From positions 1-59,098 of the forward strand of contig VBOX01000083.1 in NCBI GenBank assembly GCA_005893265.1: 59,098 nt of DNA. Direction: 5' to 3'. Shown one piece after another: positions 58,058 through 59,098 of the stretch (within the stretch, counting starts at the first letter, position 1; each line of letters starts with the position of its first letter). A model generated the notes under the pieces. The model saw nothing but the letters and a program-made list of their open reading frames with translations, searched no databases and had not been told where the DNA came from. Made by a program: the position numbers and the translations under genes. The stretch is from Candidatus Eiseniibacteriota bacterium. Lineage in GTDB: Bacteria; Eisenbacteria; RBG-16-71-46; SZUA-252.

Positions 58058-59098
58058 GCGTTTCCTTCGTCGGGGCCGGGCCCCAGAACCTCTCCGTCGA
58101 AAAGCTCGACGATGCGCTCCACGATGGTGCCCTCTGGGTTCCCTCCTGGCGCGGGAGGGGTTTTCGCCTCTCGACGCCCGGCATCTTGAGTCTCGAGGCC
58201 CGGAATCGCGGATTCGCAGAGAAGCTTGGCGCCCCGCCCGTAGAAGCGCTCCAGCTCCTCGTTCAGGATCTCTCTGTTTTCCTTCAATTCGAGCATGGCG
58301 CGGTGGAATGCGTGCTCTGAGGAAAGCGCGATCCGCACGTTGCCCCCTGCCATGCCCAGGTAGGAGCCCTCCTCGAGACACGTGCCCAGGAGAAGCTTCC
58401 GTTCCTTGACCCGGTCGACCGCCTGTCGCCACCGCAACACGGGATCGCTCGGATCGGCGGCTTCCACGTCCGCGGTTCCGGGCGATTCCACAAGCCGAAG
58501 CGCCGTGGCCCCGAGCGCGGCTCGCGAGGGCTCCTGCTCCGCGCGCGGAGGCGAAGGGCCTCGCCGTGATGCCGGCGGCGGGGCTGCCGGAGCGACCGAG
58601 CCCGCGGCCTGCGCTCCCGAGCCGGAGCTTCTCTCGGGAGCGGGGAGACTGGTCGGGGCGACGGGTGCGGGCGCGGATCCGGTGCCCGATGCCTTCTTAG
58701 CGCCCGGTGCCCCCTCCAGCTTCGCCTCCAGCTCACCGAGCCGGCGGATCAGATCCTCGATTTTCGCGGCCGTCGGAAGCGTGCACAGCTCCACCAAGGC
58801 TACCTCCAGCAGAACGCGGGGCGCCTCTGCGCGGCGAAGCAGCCCGCGCGTTTCCAGGAGCAGGCCGAGCATCGCGTTGAGGTCGGTGGGACGGAATTCC
58901 CTCGCCTGAGCGGCATAGCGCTCCCGGTCCGAGGGAGCCGCATCCACGAGCTTTTCGAGCGATGGATCCACCGCAAGGAGGAGAAGCTGGCGCAGGTGAT
59001 GCGACAACCCGTCCGCGATCTCCTCCACGTCCATGCCGCGGTCGTGGAGTCGATCCATGACCTCGAGGGCGAGCTTGGGATCTCGACGCGCGAGCGCC
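58054..59098 (-). CDS. dnaX: DNA polymerase III subunit gamma/tau, C-terminal part (5' end beyond window)
   Basis: The reading frame is open to the window end (...ALARRDPKLALEVMDRLHDRGMDVEE...). It has a Pro/Ala-rich linker and a tau-type C-terminal domain, and shows the conserved dnaX-ybaB-recR order. Confidence 0.9.
   Translation of the reverse strand, partial: ALARRDPKLALEVMDRLHDRGMDVEEIADGLSHHLRQLLLLAVDPSLEKLVDAAPSDRERYAAQAREFRPTDLNAMLGLLLETRGLLRRAEAPRVLLEVALVELCTLPTAAKIEDLIRRLGELEAKLEGAPGAKKASGTGSAPAPVAPTSLPAPERSSGSGAQAAGSVAPAAPPPASRRGPSPPRAEQEPSRAALGATALRLVESPGTADVEAADPSDPVLRWRQAVDRVKERKLLLGTCLEEGSYLGMAGGNVRIALSSEHAFHRAMLELKENREILNEELERFYGRGAKLLCESAIPGLETQDAGRREAKTPPAPGGNPEGTIVERIVELFDGEVLGPGPDEGNA

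Overview
GC-rich (about two-thirds G+C by eye, not computed) bacterial chromosome segment, very tightly packed. I count 58 protein genes plus one tRNA. All are on the minus strand except one diguanylate cyclase gene. Most of the content is core housekeeping in conserved syntenic blocks: lipA-lpdA, an NfeD/SPFH pair, panD, bshA-bshC (bacillithiol), a partial NADH dehydrogenase gene set, ftsY-smc, selA, a Liv-type ABC transporter, rplI/rpsR/rpsF, pth-ctc-prs, tRNA-Gln, spoVG, ispE, a sugar-nucleotide/polyprenyl-phosphate cassette, alaS-recX-recA-thpR-cinA-pgpA, mglBA, and recR-ybaB-dnaX. I found no CRISPR array, transposase, integrase, prophage or recognisable defence island. Many long ORFs in the supplied track are antisense or out-of-frame shadow ORFs typical of high-GC DNA, and several are in-frame upstream extensions of real genes; I trimmed those. 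The least ordinary items are: (1) a TPR-fused sigma-54-activator-like regulator with degenerate motifs and a broken reading frame; (2) a membrane protein fusing a catalytically degenerate BY-kinase/MinD-like P-loop domain to a periplasmic SPOR domain, just upstream of smc-ftsY; (3) a rearranged peripheral-arm-only nuo set (I, B, D, F, G) interrupted by a ZIP metal transporter; (4) an mglBA polarity module whose MglB looks internally shortened, preceded by a 248-nt gap with a 14-bp tandem repeat; (5) a translationally coupled alaS-rmlA-rfbD-gmhA-UbiA(DPPR-synthase-like)-ispE chain. None of these is demonstrably a new system from sequence alone. All functional calls rest on my reading of the translated ORFs and motifs, with no database search.
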